A program made the translations under genes and the position numbers. DNA of 64,000 nucleotides from a virus (taxonomy: Duplodnaviria > Caudoviricetes), in the IMG/VR virus record IMGVR_UViG_3300047557_002741, positions 1 to 64,000 of that record; one strand, 5' to 3'. Below are positions 1 through 8,534 of the stretch, piece after piece. The notes below the pieces were generated by a model. The model was not told the origin of the DNA and searched no databases. It saw nothing but the letters and a program-made list of their open reading frames with translations. The number at the start of each line of letters is the position of its first letter. The first letter of the stretch is position 1.

Positions 1-215
1 TCATCTGGATTGCGATCTCTCCATTTACCTGATGTTGCGTCATAAACTAAAACATATTGGTCGTAATTGTTACCACTCAACTCAACATCAGTAAGTTCGT
101 TTAGTGATTGTGGCATAATTTCTATGTTGTAACTGAATGATGTTTTATAATTACTTGGTTGTGATGACTTAACTGAAAAATTATATGGAGATACGTAAGT
201 AACTTTATGAGTCAT
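1..215 (-). CDS. Virion/tail-fibre-associated protein, truncated by window edge
   Basis: ATG at 215 overlaps the upstream stop; reads MTHKVTYVSP...LNELTDVELSGNNYDQYVLVYDATSGKWRD, an L.DV...VLVYD..SGKW pattern seen in phage fibre proteins; not in the ORF track. Confidence 0.6.
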   Translation of the reverse strand, partial: MTHKVTYVSPYNFSVKSSQPSNYKTSFSYNIEIMPQSLNELTDVELSGNNYDQYVLVYDATSGKWRDRNPD

Positions 216-547
216 ACAGATGCACTCTCTTCTACGATTGCAGTTCCTTTAATGACCTTGGTTTTCTTTCCACTAAGTGTTAAAACAACATCAAAATAAT
301 TTCTTCCTGACTTGAGATTTGCAGTTTGTGCTGCAGATAATGTAAGTTTGATTGTTCCGGTTCCTGCGGTAATAGTTTTTGAAAATTCCTCATATGCAGT
401 CGCATCAGGATACTTACGAATTGCTGCATAAGTTGTAGTAAGACCAGACAAAACTGTTGCCGACTGATCTGGGTCAAAAAGATTAAAAGTTGCCTCAAAG
501 TCAGTTCCTTTTTCAATAACTATATTAGTGATTTCAGCAACTGCCAT
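212..547 (-). CDS. Cyanophage virion structural protein
   Basis: 111-aa ORF with IEKGTDF...LTLSAAQT..LK.GR..FDV pattern typical of small cyanomyovirus structural proteins; lies in fibre operon. Confidence 0.65.
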   Translation of the reverse strand: MAVAEITNIVIEKGTDFEATFNLFDPDQSATVLSGLTTTYAAIRKYPDATAYEEFSKTITAGTGTIKLTLSAAQTANLKSGRNYFDVVLTLSGKKTKVIKGTAIVEESASV

Positions 548-562
548 TTTTCTTACTGATTT

Positions 563-1015
563 TTAACTATTTATTTTCTTTTTTAATTCTTCAACTTCAA
601 TTTTTAATTCTTTAACTGCCTCAATCAAAACTCCAATTAATCCATTATAATTTACAGTTTTATGTTCACCAGAACTTACTAATTCAGGTAAATATTGTTC
701 TATCTGTTGTGCAATGACACCAACAGATGGATTTCCAGTATCTATCCAATTAAATCTAACTCCTTCCAAATTTGATATTAAATTTAAAGAGTCTGTTATT
801 GGAGTAATATTAATTTTTTTTGTTATATCCGAAGTGGAATTAAAATCTGTTGCTGTAATAATTCCAATTACATTAATATTTCCTCCAACTGAAACATCAG
901 TGCTGATAGCAACATTATTAGCATTCAAATTTAAATTTGTAGGACTTTCAATTGTAGGAACTCCAGAGGCACCTATTAAATTTATCTGCTTTACGCCAAA
1001 ACTCTTATCCGCCAT
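563..1015 (-). CDS. Short tail-fibre protein with peptidase S74 intramolecular chaperone
   Basis: SD...K.NI...L.GV.FNW...GVIAQ...PELV...VNY.GLIGVLIEA.KEL motif and terminal coiled coil. Confidence 0.8.
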   Translation of the reverse strand: MADKSFGVKQINLIGASGVPTIESPTNLNLNANNVAISTDVSVGGNINVIGIITATDFNSTSDITKKINITPITDSLNLISNLEGVRFNWIDTGNPSVGVIAQQIEQYLPELVSSGEHKTVNYNGLIGVLIEAVKELKIEVEELKKKINS

Positions 1016-1036
1016 TTGACTTTTTTAACTATTTAG

Positions 1037-1261
1037 TTAGGTATATTTTATAATAACACCCTTAAAGATAAGACCATTTCCAGTAGCAAATCTAACAGAA
1101 TCTAAACCTCCACCAAAAGATGGTGGTTCTGGTTCTGGTCCTGGAGGTGGTTCTGGAGGTGGTACATTGACATCAAAAAAAGTAATATAATCTGTAGTTG
1201 CTACAACATTTCCATCAACAGACCCTTCTCGTATTCTTAAACGAAATAATTTATTTGCCAT
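1037..1261 (-). CDS. Small virion protein, possibly a detached C-terminal part of the upstream subtilisin
   Basis: 74-aa ORF starting 8 nt after the subtilisin stop; Pro-rich linker. Confidence 0.5.
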   Translation of the reverse strand: MANKLFRLRIREGSVDGNVVATTDYITFFDVNVPPPEPPPGPEPEPPSFGGGLDSVRFATGNGLIFKGVIIKYT

Positions 1262-1269
1262 TTTATTTT

Positions 1270-4200
1270 CTATTGAATAGTAAGTGATATGGTTCCATTA
1301 CCAGAGGAAACTTCAAAACTACCAGATAAAGAATTATTAGAAAAATCGGAGGAAGAAATAGAAGTTCCAGCACTGACAGATGATCCTGGTCCTGCTTCTA
1401 TAGTGTAATAATAAGTTCCATTTAATAAATCGGAGGAAGATACTTGAATGTTAACAACATCTCCAGGGTTTAGAGTAAAATCAGATATTGATGAAATTTC
1501 AGCCAAAGTTGACGGTTCATTACCTGTTAATGCATCATCATAAAGTACAATTCCAAGATTTCCTTGCATATTATAACTATCACTCCAAGTTGAATCGGAT
1601 GAAGTAATAGACTCTGTTCCAAAATACAAAGATTCGGATGTTTGTGATTCTAATCCCGATATCCAATTTTTTACGTCGTCAATTGTCCAATCTCTACTAT
1701 ATTGTAGTTTTGTAGCAATAATTCCAGCAGCAACTGGACAAGCGGCACTTGTTCCATTAAACTGAACATCCAGATTAATTAAAGATTTAGTATTATTTAA
1801 ATAATAATAATTATCATATCTAGAGATTCCAGAAGTACCAGTTGTTGCTGCTAAAACATCATCAGCCGCACAAAAACAATCAACTGCATTTCCCATATTT
1901 GAATATGATGCTTTGGATTCACGAGAATCAGAGAAAAGTAAAGGAACACCTACAGGAACATCATTTAAAGCACCAACAATAACACATTTATATTCTCCAG
2001 ATTCATTCTTTGATATATGAATAGGAAATCCAGGGCGATTATGAGAATTATATGTGGGATGAAAATTCACTGTTGAATATATTGAATTAGTTGTGGACTC
2101 TTCAAAAGTAAGTCCTTGATAATTTGAATGATAATTATTATAATCTGGATGATTTGATTTAACTAGTTTTTGATTGTTATTTCCTGCCGCAGCAACAAAT
2201 ATAACACCAGAATTTATTAATTCTTGTCCAGAAGTTATTGCCGGATGCCCTCCGGTTAATTCACAGACTCTTCTTTTTACATTCTGTTCAAGTCTATAAT
2301 AATTCATAAATTCTGGAAATGGTTCAAGAGCACCAGTATCTTTTATAGAAAAAGAATTCCAAGGTTCGTTTCTAAATTTATAGTAAAAACGTAGTTTTTT
2401 AGTATCTCCAATAACGAAAATATTACTGCCATCAGGTTTAAAAAATATTGATTGAGGATTTCTAGTAAAATCAAAAAATCTTAGCACAAAAGAACTTTGA
2501 GTTCCAATATCCCAACTACTAGTCAGGTTAGTTTTTGATATCCTTTGAAGTGTTGAAGTATTAGATGAAACTATGACGTATAAACTTAATCCATCGTCTT
2601 TAAAGAATAATCCTGTTGCAATATTATTACCAACAGTTATAGATTTTTCGAATGTAGCATTAGTAATATTCCATGGAGTAGATAAATTATATTGATATAT
2701 TGAGTTAGAATTAGAACTTTCAGTGTTTAAATCATTACTAAGAATATATAATTTTGTTCCATCGGGTTTAAAAAATAAATCTCCAGGAAGTTTTCCGGTA
2801 CGAGAAAATGTATTATTAGTCGATTGAATTGTACTAATATTCCAGTTAATTAAATTAAATTCAAAAATTTTTGAAGAAGTTCCATTTGAAGTTAAAATGT
2901 ATAGTTTATCTCCTTGTGGTTTAAAAAACATACCATAAACATTTTCTCCAGATAAACTACTTTCAAAAGAGAAAGAATTACCACTATAACTTAAAGTAGA
3001 AATATTCCAATCAGTTAAATTATATTCGTAAAGTATTTTTTGAGAACCAATAACATAACATTTAGATCCATCAGGTTTAAAAAAGAATGCAGAAGGATAT
3101 ATTTCCTCAGTCCTTAAAGAAATACTAGTAGTTATTCCCGTTATATTACTACTATTCCAAGTCTCTCCAAGTGAAATTTGATGAATAAAAGTAGTAGATT
3201 CATTAAGGTCAATAGGAGCAGTATTGTTTTCTCTAACCTCTTGCCTAAGTCCCCAACTATTACTTGAAACTGTGGGATTTTTATTTCCGTATGAAGGATT
3301 AATAGGTTTTATTTTATGAAATATTTTTTGCAAATCAAATCCAACAGCATAAGAATTACTTCCAGTTCCGTACATATTTAAAAACCACTTATTTGCATTA
3401 TATGCCCATCCATATTGTCTACCATATGCTAAAGAAGCACATGAGGTTCCATGTGTTTCACTACCAGTTTGTTTTGCAGTATTACTTCCATTACACCTTG
3501 CTCTTGTGTAAGAAGAATTGATTGTAATAGATCCAAAATCATCATCACCAATCGCAGTTCCTCCATTTGAAGAACTCACAAATTTTGAAGATCTATATTG
3601 TAATGAATTATTAGACCACCAACCTCTAGCAGCACTTTCAGTAGGTACTATGGTTCCATCCCATCTTGTCATTAATCTATTATTAGAATCTGCATTAAAG
3701 AAATCTGGATCCAAATAATAAGGTGCATCCAAAACAAGATCTAAAATGTCACAAGAACCATTTCCAGGAAGAAGGTTTCCACCTCTGTAACCTTTTGGTC
3801 CGATCAATTCTGGAATATTGACCACATTTCCATTAAATTCTGAAGTAGCATAATCATATCTATTCTGAAATTCAATATGTCCAAACCACATTTCAGTATC
3901 AGCTACAATAATATCAATATCAGTTCCATCTCCATATTGATTTATTTTATCTTCAAAAATAGAAGTGCTACTTGCCTGCCATGGATTTGTTTTTTGTTGA
4001 TGTCGTTTTAATTGCCAACTTCCTCTATTGAGAAGAGATGAATCCGGAGAAGACGGAATAATTGTTGTTGCTCCAATATATCTTTGATGTTTTACTGGAG
4101 TAGAATATCTATCAATTTTGGTAAGAGTGCTTATATCATCTGGGTTATCTGAATAAGTTCCCGGATATTTTCCCGTATTAATAATAACATAATTAACCTT

Positions 4201-4488
4201 TGGATGATTTCTAAGTTCTTCTGCCTCATCATCGGTTAATAAGTATATTCCTCTAGTTTCACTGTGAAGGCAATCATTAACACAAATGCAAGAATGTGAT
4301 GGAATATTATCTTCTAAAGTTCCATCCTTCATTAAAATCTCATGAACGTATTCCCACCCATCTTTATCATAACAACCAACATAATACTCTTTTAATCCAA
4401 TTTCAGGTTCCTTAGGAAGAGTACTTTTATACTTTAAAAATTCTTCTTTTCTTTTTTGATATTCAAAATCAAAATCAGTGTTAATCAT
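1270..4488 (-). CDS. Subtilisin-like (S8) serine protease with inserted beta-propeller
   Basis: Catalytic motifs DIIVAD, HGTSCAS, AAAGNNN and FNGTSAACP; about five FFKPDG-type repeats between the His and Asn motifs. Confidence 0.8.
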   Translation of the reverse strand: MINTDFDFEYQKRKEEFLKYKSTLPKEPEIGLKEYYVGCYDKDGWEYVHEILMKDGTLEDNIPSHSCICVNDCLHSETRGIYLLTDDEAEELRNHPKVNYVIINTGKYPGTYSDNPDDISTLTKIDRYSTPVKHQRYIGATTIIPSSPDSSLLNRGSWQLKRHQQKTNPWQASSTSIFEDKINQYGDGTDIDIIVADTEMWFGHIEFQNRYDYATSEFNGNVVNIPELIGPKGYRGGNLLPGNGSCDILDLVLDAPYYLDPDFFNADSNNRLMTRWDGTIVPTESAARGWWSNNSLQYRSSKFVSSSNGGTAIGDDDFGSITINSSYTRARCNGSNTAKQTGSETHGTSCASLAYGRQYGWAYNANKWFLNMYGTGSNSYAVGFDLQKIFHKIKPINPSYGNKNPTVSSNSWGLRQEVRENNTAPIDLNESTTFIHQISLGETWNSSNITGITTSISLRTEEIYPSAFFFKPDGSKCYVIGSQKILYEYNLTDWNISTLSYSGNSFSFESSLSGENVYGMFFKPQGDKLYILTSNGTSSKIFEFNLINWNISTIQSTNNTFSRTGKLPGDLFFKPDGTKLYILSNDLNTESSNSNSIYQYNLSTPWNITNATFEKSITVGNNIATGLFFKDDGLSLYVIVSSNTSTLQRISKTNLTSSWDIGTQSSFVLRFFDFTRNPQSIFFKPDGSNIFVIGDTKKLRFYYKFRNEPWNSFSIKDTGALEPFPEFMNYYRLEQNVKRRVCELTGGHPAITSGQELINSGVIFVAAAGNNNQKLVKSNHPDYNNYHSNYQGLTFEESTTNSIYSTVNFHPTYNSHNRPGFPIHISKNESGEYKCVIVGALNDVPVGVPLLFSDSRESKASYSNMGNAVDCFCAADDVLAATTGTSGISRYDNYYYLNNTKSLINLDVQFNGTSAACPVAAGIIATKLQYSRDWTIDDVKNWISGLESQTSESLYFGTESITSSDSTWSDSYNMQGNLGIVLYDDALTGNEPSTLAEISSISDFTLNPGDVVNIQVSSSDLLNGTYYYTIEAGPGSSVSAGTSISSSDFSNNSLSGSFEVSSGNGTISLTIQ

Positions 4489-5027
4489 ATTTCTAATCTT
4501 AGAAGTCTATATGTAGTTATGCCAGAAATTCCAGTTTCTGGAGTAGCTGTTAATTTGTAAGTTAAACCACTTATTGTTGCACCAACCGAAACAATTTGTG
4601 AAGGATCGTACATAATTCCATATTCTTGAGAATATGCAGTTGTTCCATTATTCATTACAAGAACTTTTTGCACTTGAATTTTATTACCATTTTCAAAAAA
4701 TAAACTATATTCAAGAGATTTTAAATTATTAGTATCAATAGAAAAAGAATCTATATCTTCTGGAATTCCAGCAGCTGCATTAAATGTTCCATTTATTTGT
4801 ATAGAATTATTATTAACTCCCGATAAGTTAGAACCATCACCATAAAAAGTGGTTGCTGTTAAAACTCCAACAACGTTAACATTTCCAACTACGTGAAGTT
4901 TTGATGTGGCATTTCCAGTTCCTATTCCAATATAAGGAGTTGCTTCAGTTGCAATTCCAATACTTTTAGTTTCATCAGTAATATAAACAAAAGACCCAAA
5001 TTGTGATAGTTCTCTATTCTTAGACAT
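4485..5027 (-). CDS. Tail-fibre-associated structural protein
   Basis: IGIGT...SKLHVVGNV..GVLTAT.FYGDGSNLSG fibre repeat; position in operon. Confidence 0.65.
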   Translation of the reverse strand: MSKNRELSQFGSFVYITDETKSIGIATEATPYIGIGTGNATSKLHVVGNVNVVGVLTATTFYGDGSNLSGVNNNSIQINGTFNAAAGIPEDIDSFSIDTNNLKSLEYSLFFENGNKIQVQKVLVMNNGTTAYSQEYGIMYDPSQIVSVGATISGLTYKLTATPETGISGITTYRLLRLEI

Positions 5028-5041
5028 TTGAATCTCCTATA

Positions 5042-8000
5042 TTAATATTTAGATTTTTCTTCAAGCATCTCAACTTTTAATTTGAGTTCTTTTATTGCTT
5101 CAATAATAACACCAATCAATCCACTATAATTAACAGTTTTATGATTAAAGTTATTTTCACTCACAAGTTGAGGAATAATTTCTTCTAGTTCTTGTGCAAG
5201 AACACCCATAGATGGTTTATTAGTGTCTTTCCAATTAAATTTAACTCCACGGAGATTTCCTATTAATTCAAGAGAATTAATAATAGTTTCAATATTATCT
5301 TTAAGTTTAATATCAGATCCAGAACTAATGTCGCCACCTGCGGTTATATCGCCACCAACAGCAAGACTACCTTTAGTACTATCACTTGGAATTGTAAATG
5401 AAAACGCAGTTGTATTTGTTTTTACATAAGGAGTAAGAATTCCAGTGCTCGGATCTCTTACAAAAACTGGATAATATGTAAATTGTCCTGTGGTATCAGT
5501 AACACTAATTTGATTTCCATCTCCTTTTATTCCTTGAGTTCCTTGAATACCTTGGCGTCCTTGAATACCTTGAGTTCCTTGAATACCTTGAACATTCGCA
5601 TTGGAACCTTGGATACCTTGAGTACCTTGGATACCCTGAGTTCCTTGAATACCTTGGCGTCCTTGAATACCCTGAGTTCCTTGGATTCCTTGAGTTCCTT
5701 GAATACCTTGAGTTCCTTGAATACCTTGAGCTCCTTGAGCATTTGAATCGGAACCTTTAATACCTTGAGTTCCTTGAATACCTTGAGTTCCTTGAATACC
5801 TTGGACATTGGCATTAGAACCTTGAATACCTTGAATACCTTGAGTGCCTTGAATACCTTGAGCACCTTGAATACCTTGAGTTCCTTGAATACCTTGAGTT
5901 CCTTGAATACCTTGAGTTCCTTGAATACCTTGAACATTCGCATTGGAACCTTGAATACCTTGAATACCTTGAGTTCCTTGAATACCTTGAGCTCCTTGAG
6001 CATTTGAATCGGAACCTTTAATACCTTGAGTTCCTTGAATACCTTGAGTTCCTTGAATACCTTGAACATTCGCATTGGAACCTTGGATACCTTGAGTGCC
6101 TTGAATACCTTGAGTACCTTGAATACCTTGAGGTCCTTGAATACCTTGGCGTCCTTGAATACCTTGAGTACCTTGAATACCTTGAACATTAGCATTGGAA
6201 CCTTGGATACCTTGAGTTCCTTGAATACCCTGAGGTCCTTGAGCATTTGAATCGGAACCTTTAATACCTTGAGTTCCTTGAATGCCTTGAGTTCCTTGAA
6301 TACCTTGGACATTCGCATTGGAACCTTGAATACCCTGAGTTCCTTGAATACCTTGAGGTCCTTGAATTCCTTGAGATCCTTGAATACCTTGAGATCCTTG
6401 AATACCTTGAGATCCTTGAATACCTTGAGTTCCTTGAATACCTTGGACATTCGCATTGGAACCTTGAATACCCTGAGTTCCTTGAATACCTTGAGGTCCT
6501 TGAATTCCTTGAGTTCCTTGAATACCTTGGCGTCCTTGAATACCTTGAGTACCTTGAATACCTTGGACATTGGCATTAGAACCTTGGATACCTTGAGTTC
6601 CTTGAATACCCTGAGGTCCTTGAATACCTTGGACATTCGCGTTAGAACCTTGGATACCTTGAGTACCTTGAATACCTTGAGTTCCTTGAGGTCCTTGAAT
6701 ACCCTGGGTTCCTTGAATGCCCTGAGTACCTTGAGTACCTTGAATACCTTGGACATTCGCATTGGAACCTTGGATACCTTGAGTACCTTGGATACCCTGA
6801 GTTCCTTGAGGTCCTTGGATACCTTGTCTTCCCTGAATACCTTGGGTTCCCTGAATGCCTTGAGTACCTTGAGGACCACGAATATTTCCTACGTTAGTCC
6901 AATTGTCATTTCCATCAGATACCCATAAATTACCAAGATTACTGTCAATAACACCATCACCAGCTGCAGCATCTGGCCACGCAGCAACTAACTGAGAATT
7001 TTCTGTTCCTGAAGTTAAAGGTAAAGAACCAATAATAGTTACTGAAGTTCCATCATTACCTTGAGATCCTTGAATACCTTGAGTACCTATAGTACCTTGA
7101 ATACCTTGGACATTCGCATTAGAACCTTGAATTCCTTGAGTTCCTTGGATTCCCTGAGTTCCTTGAATACCTTGTCTTCCTTGGATTCCTTGAGTTCCCT
7201 GAATTCCTTGAGAACCTTGAATACCTTGGACATTCGCATTGGAACCTTGGATACCCTGAGTTCCTTGGATTCCTTGAGTACCTTGAATACCTTGAGTACC
7301 TTGAATACCTTGAGTTCCTTGGATTCCTTGAGTTCCTTGAATTCCTTGAGTACCTTGAATACCTTGAGGTCCTTCAGTCCCTTCAGTTCCTTGAATACCT
7401 TGAGTACCTATAGTACCTTGAATACCTTGGACATTCGCATTAGAACCTTGGATACCCTGAGATCCTTGGATACCCTGAGATCCTTGGATACCTTGTCTTC
7501 CTTGGATTCCTTGAGTTCCCTGAATTCCTTGAGAACCTTGAATACCTTGGACATTCGCATTGGAACCTTGAATTCCTTGAGTGCCTTGGATACCCTGAGT
7601 TCCTTGGATTCCTTGAGTTCCTTGGATTCCTTGAGTTCCTTGGATTCCTTGAGTTCCTTGAATACCTTGGACATTTGCATTAGAACCTTGGATACCTTGA
7701 GTACCTTGGATACCTTGAGTTCCTTGAGGTCCTTGGATACCTTGAGTTCCTTGAGGTCCTTGGATACCTTGAGTTCCTTGGATTCCTTGAACATTCGCAT
7801 TGGAACCTTGAATACCTTGAGTTCCTTGAATACCTTGAGTACCTTGAATGCCCTGAGGTCCTTGAATTCCTTCACCTTGAATACCCTGAGTTCCTTGAAT
7901 ACCCTGAGTTGCTTGAGGTCCTTGAATACCCTGGGTTCCTTGAATACCCTGTATTCCTGTAGTTCCTTGTATACCTTGAATACCTTGAGTTCCTTGAATA

Positions 8001-8194
8001 CCTTGAATACCCTGAGTACCTTGAGCACCTTGAACGCCTTGAACTCCTCCGGGTGACCAATATCTAGTACCATCAGTATCTGATGCTAAAAGATAACCAT
8101 TAACTCCAGGTTTTCCTAGATATCTTTCAGCATCTTCAAGAGAAATAAATTCTCCATCAGCACCTACAACTTTTCCGCTAATTAAATTTCCCAT
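5042..8194 (-). CDS. Collagen-like tail fibre with C-terminal S74 chaperone
   Basis: Long Gly-X-Gln triplet tracts (QGIQGT) and C-terminal SD.KLKDNI...GVLAQE motif. Confidence 0.88.
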   Translation of the reverse strand: MGNLISGKVVGADGEFISLEDAERYLGKPGVNGYLLASDTDGTRYWSPGGVQGVQGAQGTQGIQGIQGTQGIQGIQGTTGIQGIQGTQGIQGPQATQGIQGTQGIQGEGIQGPQGIQGTQGIQGTQGIQGSNANVQGIQGTQGIQGPQGTQGIQGPQGTQGIQGTQGIQGSNANVQGIQGTQGIQGTQGIQGTQGIQGTQGIQGTQGIQGSNANVQGIQGSQGIQGTQGIQGRQGIQGSQGIQGSQGIQGSNANVQGIQGTIGTQGIQGTEGTEGPQGIQGTQGIQGTQGIQGTQGIQGTQGIQGTQGIQGTQGIQGSNANVQGIQGSQGIQGTQGIQGRQGIQGTQGIQGTQGIQGSNANVQGIQGTIGTQGIQGSQGNDGTSVTIIGSLPLTSGTENSQLVAAWPDAAAGDGVIDSNLGNLWVSDGNDNWTNVGNIRGPQGTQGIQGTQGIQGRQGIQGPQGTQGIQGTQGIQGSNANVQGIQGTQGTQGIQGTQGIQGPQGTQGIQGTQGIQGSNANVQGIQGPQGIQGTQGIQGSNANVQGIQGTQGIQGRQGIQGTQGIQGPQGIQGTQGIQGSNANVQGIQGTQGIQGSQGIQGSQGIQGSQGIQGPQGIQGTQGIQGSNANVQGIQGTQGIQGTQGIKGSDSNAQGPQGIQGTQGIQGSNANVQGIQGTQGIQGRQGIQGPQGIQGTQGIQGTQGIQGSNANVQGIQGTQGIQGTQGIKGSDSNAQGAQGIQGTQGIQGIQGSNANVQGIQGTQGIQGTQGIQGTQGIQGAQGIQGTQGIQGIQGSNANVQGIQGTQGIQGTQGIKGSDSNAQGAQGIQGTQGIQGTQGIQGTQGIQGRQGIQGTQGIQGTQGIQGSNANVQGIQGTQGIQGRQGIQGTQGIKGDGNQISVTDTTGQFTYYPVFVRDPSTGILTPYVKTNTTAFSFTIPSDSTKGSLAVGGDITAGGDISSGSDIKLKDNIETIINSLELIGNLRGVKFNWKDTNKPSMGVLAQELEEIIPQLVSENNFNHKTVNYSGLIGVIIEAIKELKLKVEMLEEKSKY
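5525..8045. repeat. 9-nt-period coding tandem repeat (ccttgaata / ccttgagtt) in two blocks
   Basis: Directly visible; two arrays at about 5525-6875 and 7060-8045 separated by a unique domain, with a recurring SNANV-encoding interruption. Confidence 0.95.
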
Positions 8195-8198
8195 TTAC

Positions 8199-8531
8199 TT
8201 ATTTTGCAGATTCTAAGACACTAAGGGTATACTTCATTGTGCTATTTGATTGTCCTTGTATTTCTATTTTATCTCCAACTTCCAAAACTAAACTGCCAGT
8301 AATTGGGTTCAAAGCATCATTAGCAGGTATTTTTATATTTTTAATTAATTCATAAGAAGATCCAGAACGATTATGATAAACAGTAACTGTTGCAACACCA
8401 GAAGAAATATTTGATACTACAGAAAATAGATGAATGGTGGAAACACCATTAGGAGTAGTATAAACAGTCGTTATACCTGTAGTGACATCTGCCCTAAATG
8501 TTTTATAGGTATTAAGTGCTAATGCTGCCAT
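8199..8531 (-). CDS. Virion structural protein (beta-rich)
   Basis: 110-aa ORF with VYT.P.G...LVLE.GD pattern; fibre operon. Confidence 0.6.
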   Translation of the reverse strand: MAALALNTYKTFRADVTTGITTVYTTPNGVSTIHLFSVVSNISSGVATVTVYHNRSGSSYELIKNIKIPANDALNPITGSLVLEVGDKIEIQGQSNSTMKYTLSVLESAK

Positions 8532-8534
8532 CTC

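Noticed and set aside
563-5330. Diversity-generating retroelement between the two similar S74 chaperone regions
   Set aside because: No reverse transcriptase in the window and the differences are not adenine-specific; ordinary paralogy
5483-8073. Long alternative-frame and antisense ORFs (LNTLSS.. and KVFKEL.. repeats) and the CRISPR-like look of the repeat
   Set aside because: By-products of the 9-nt collagen repeat; there are no unique spacers and no cas genes
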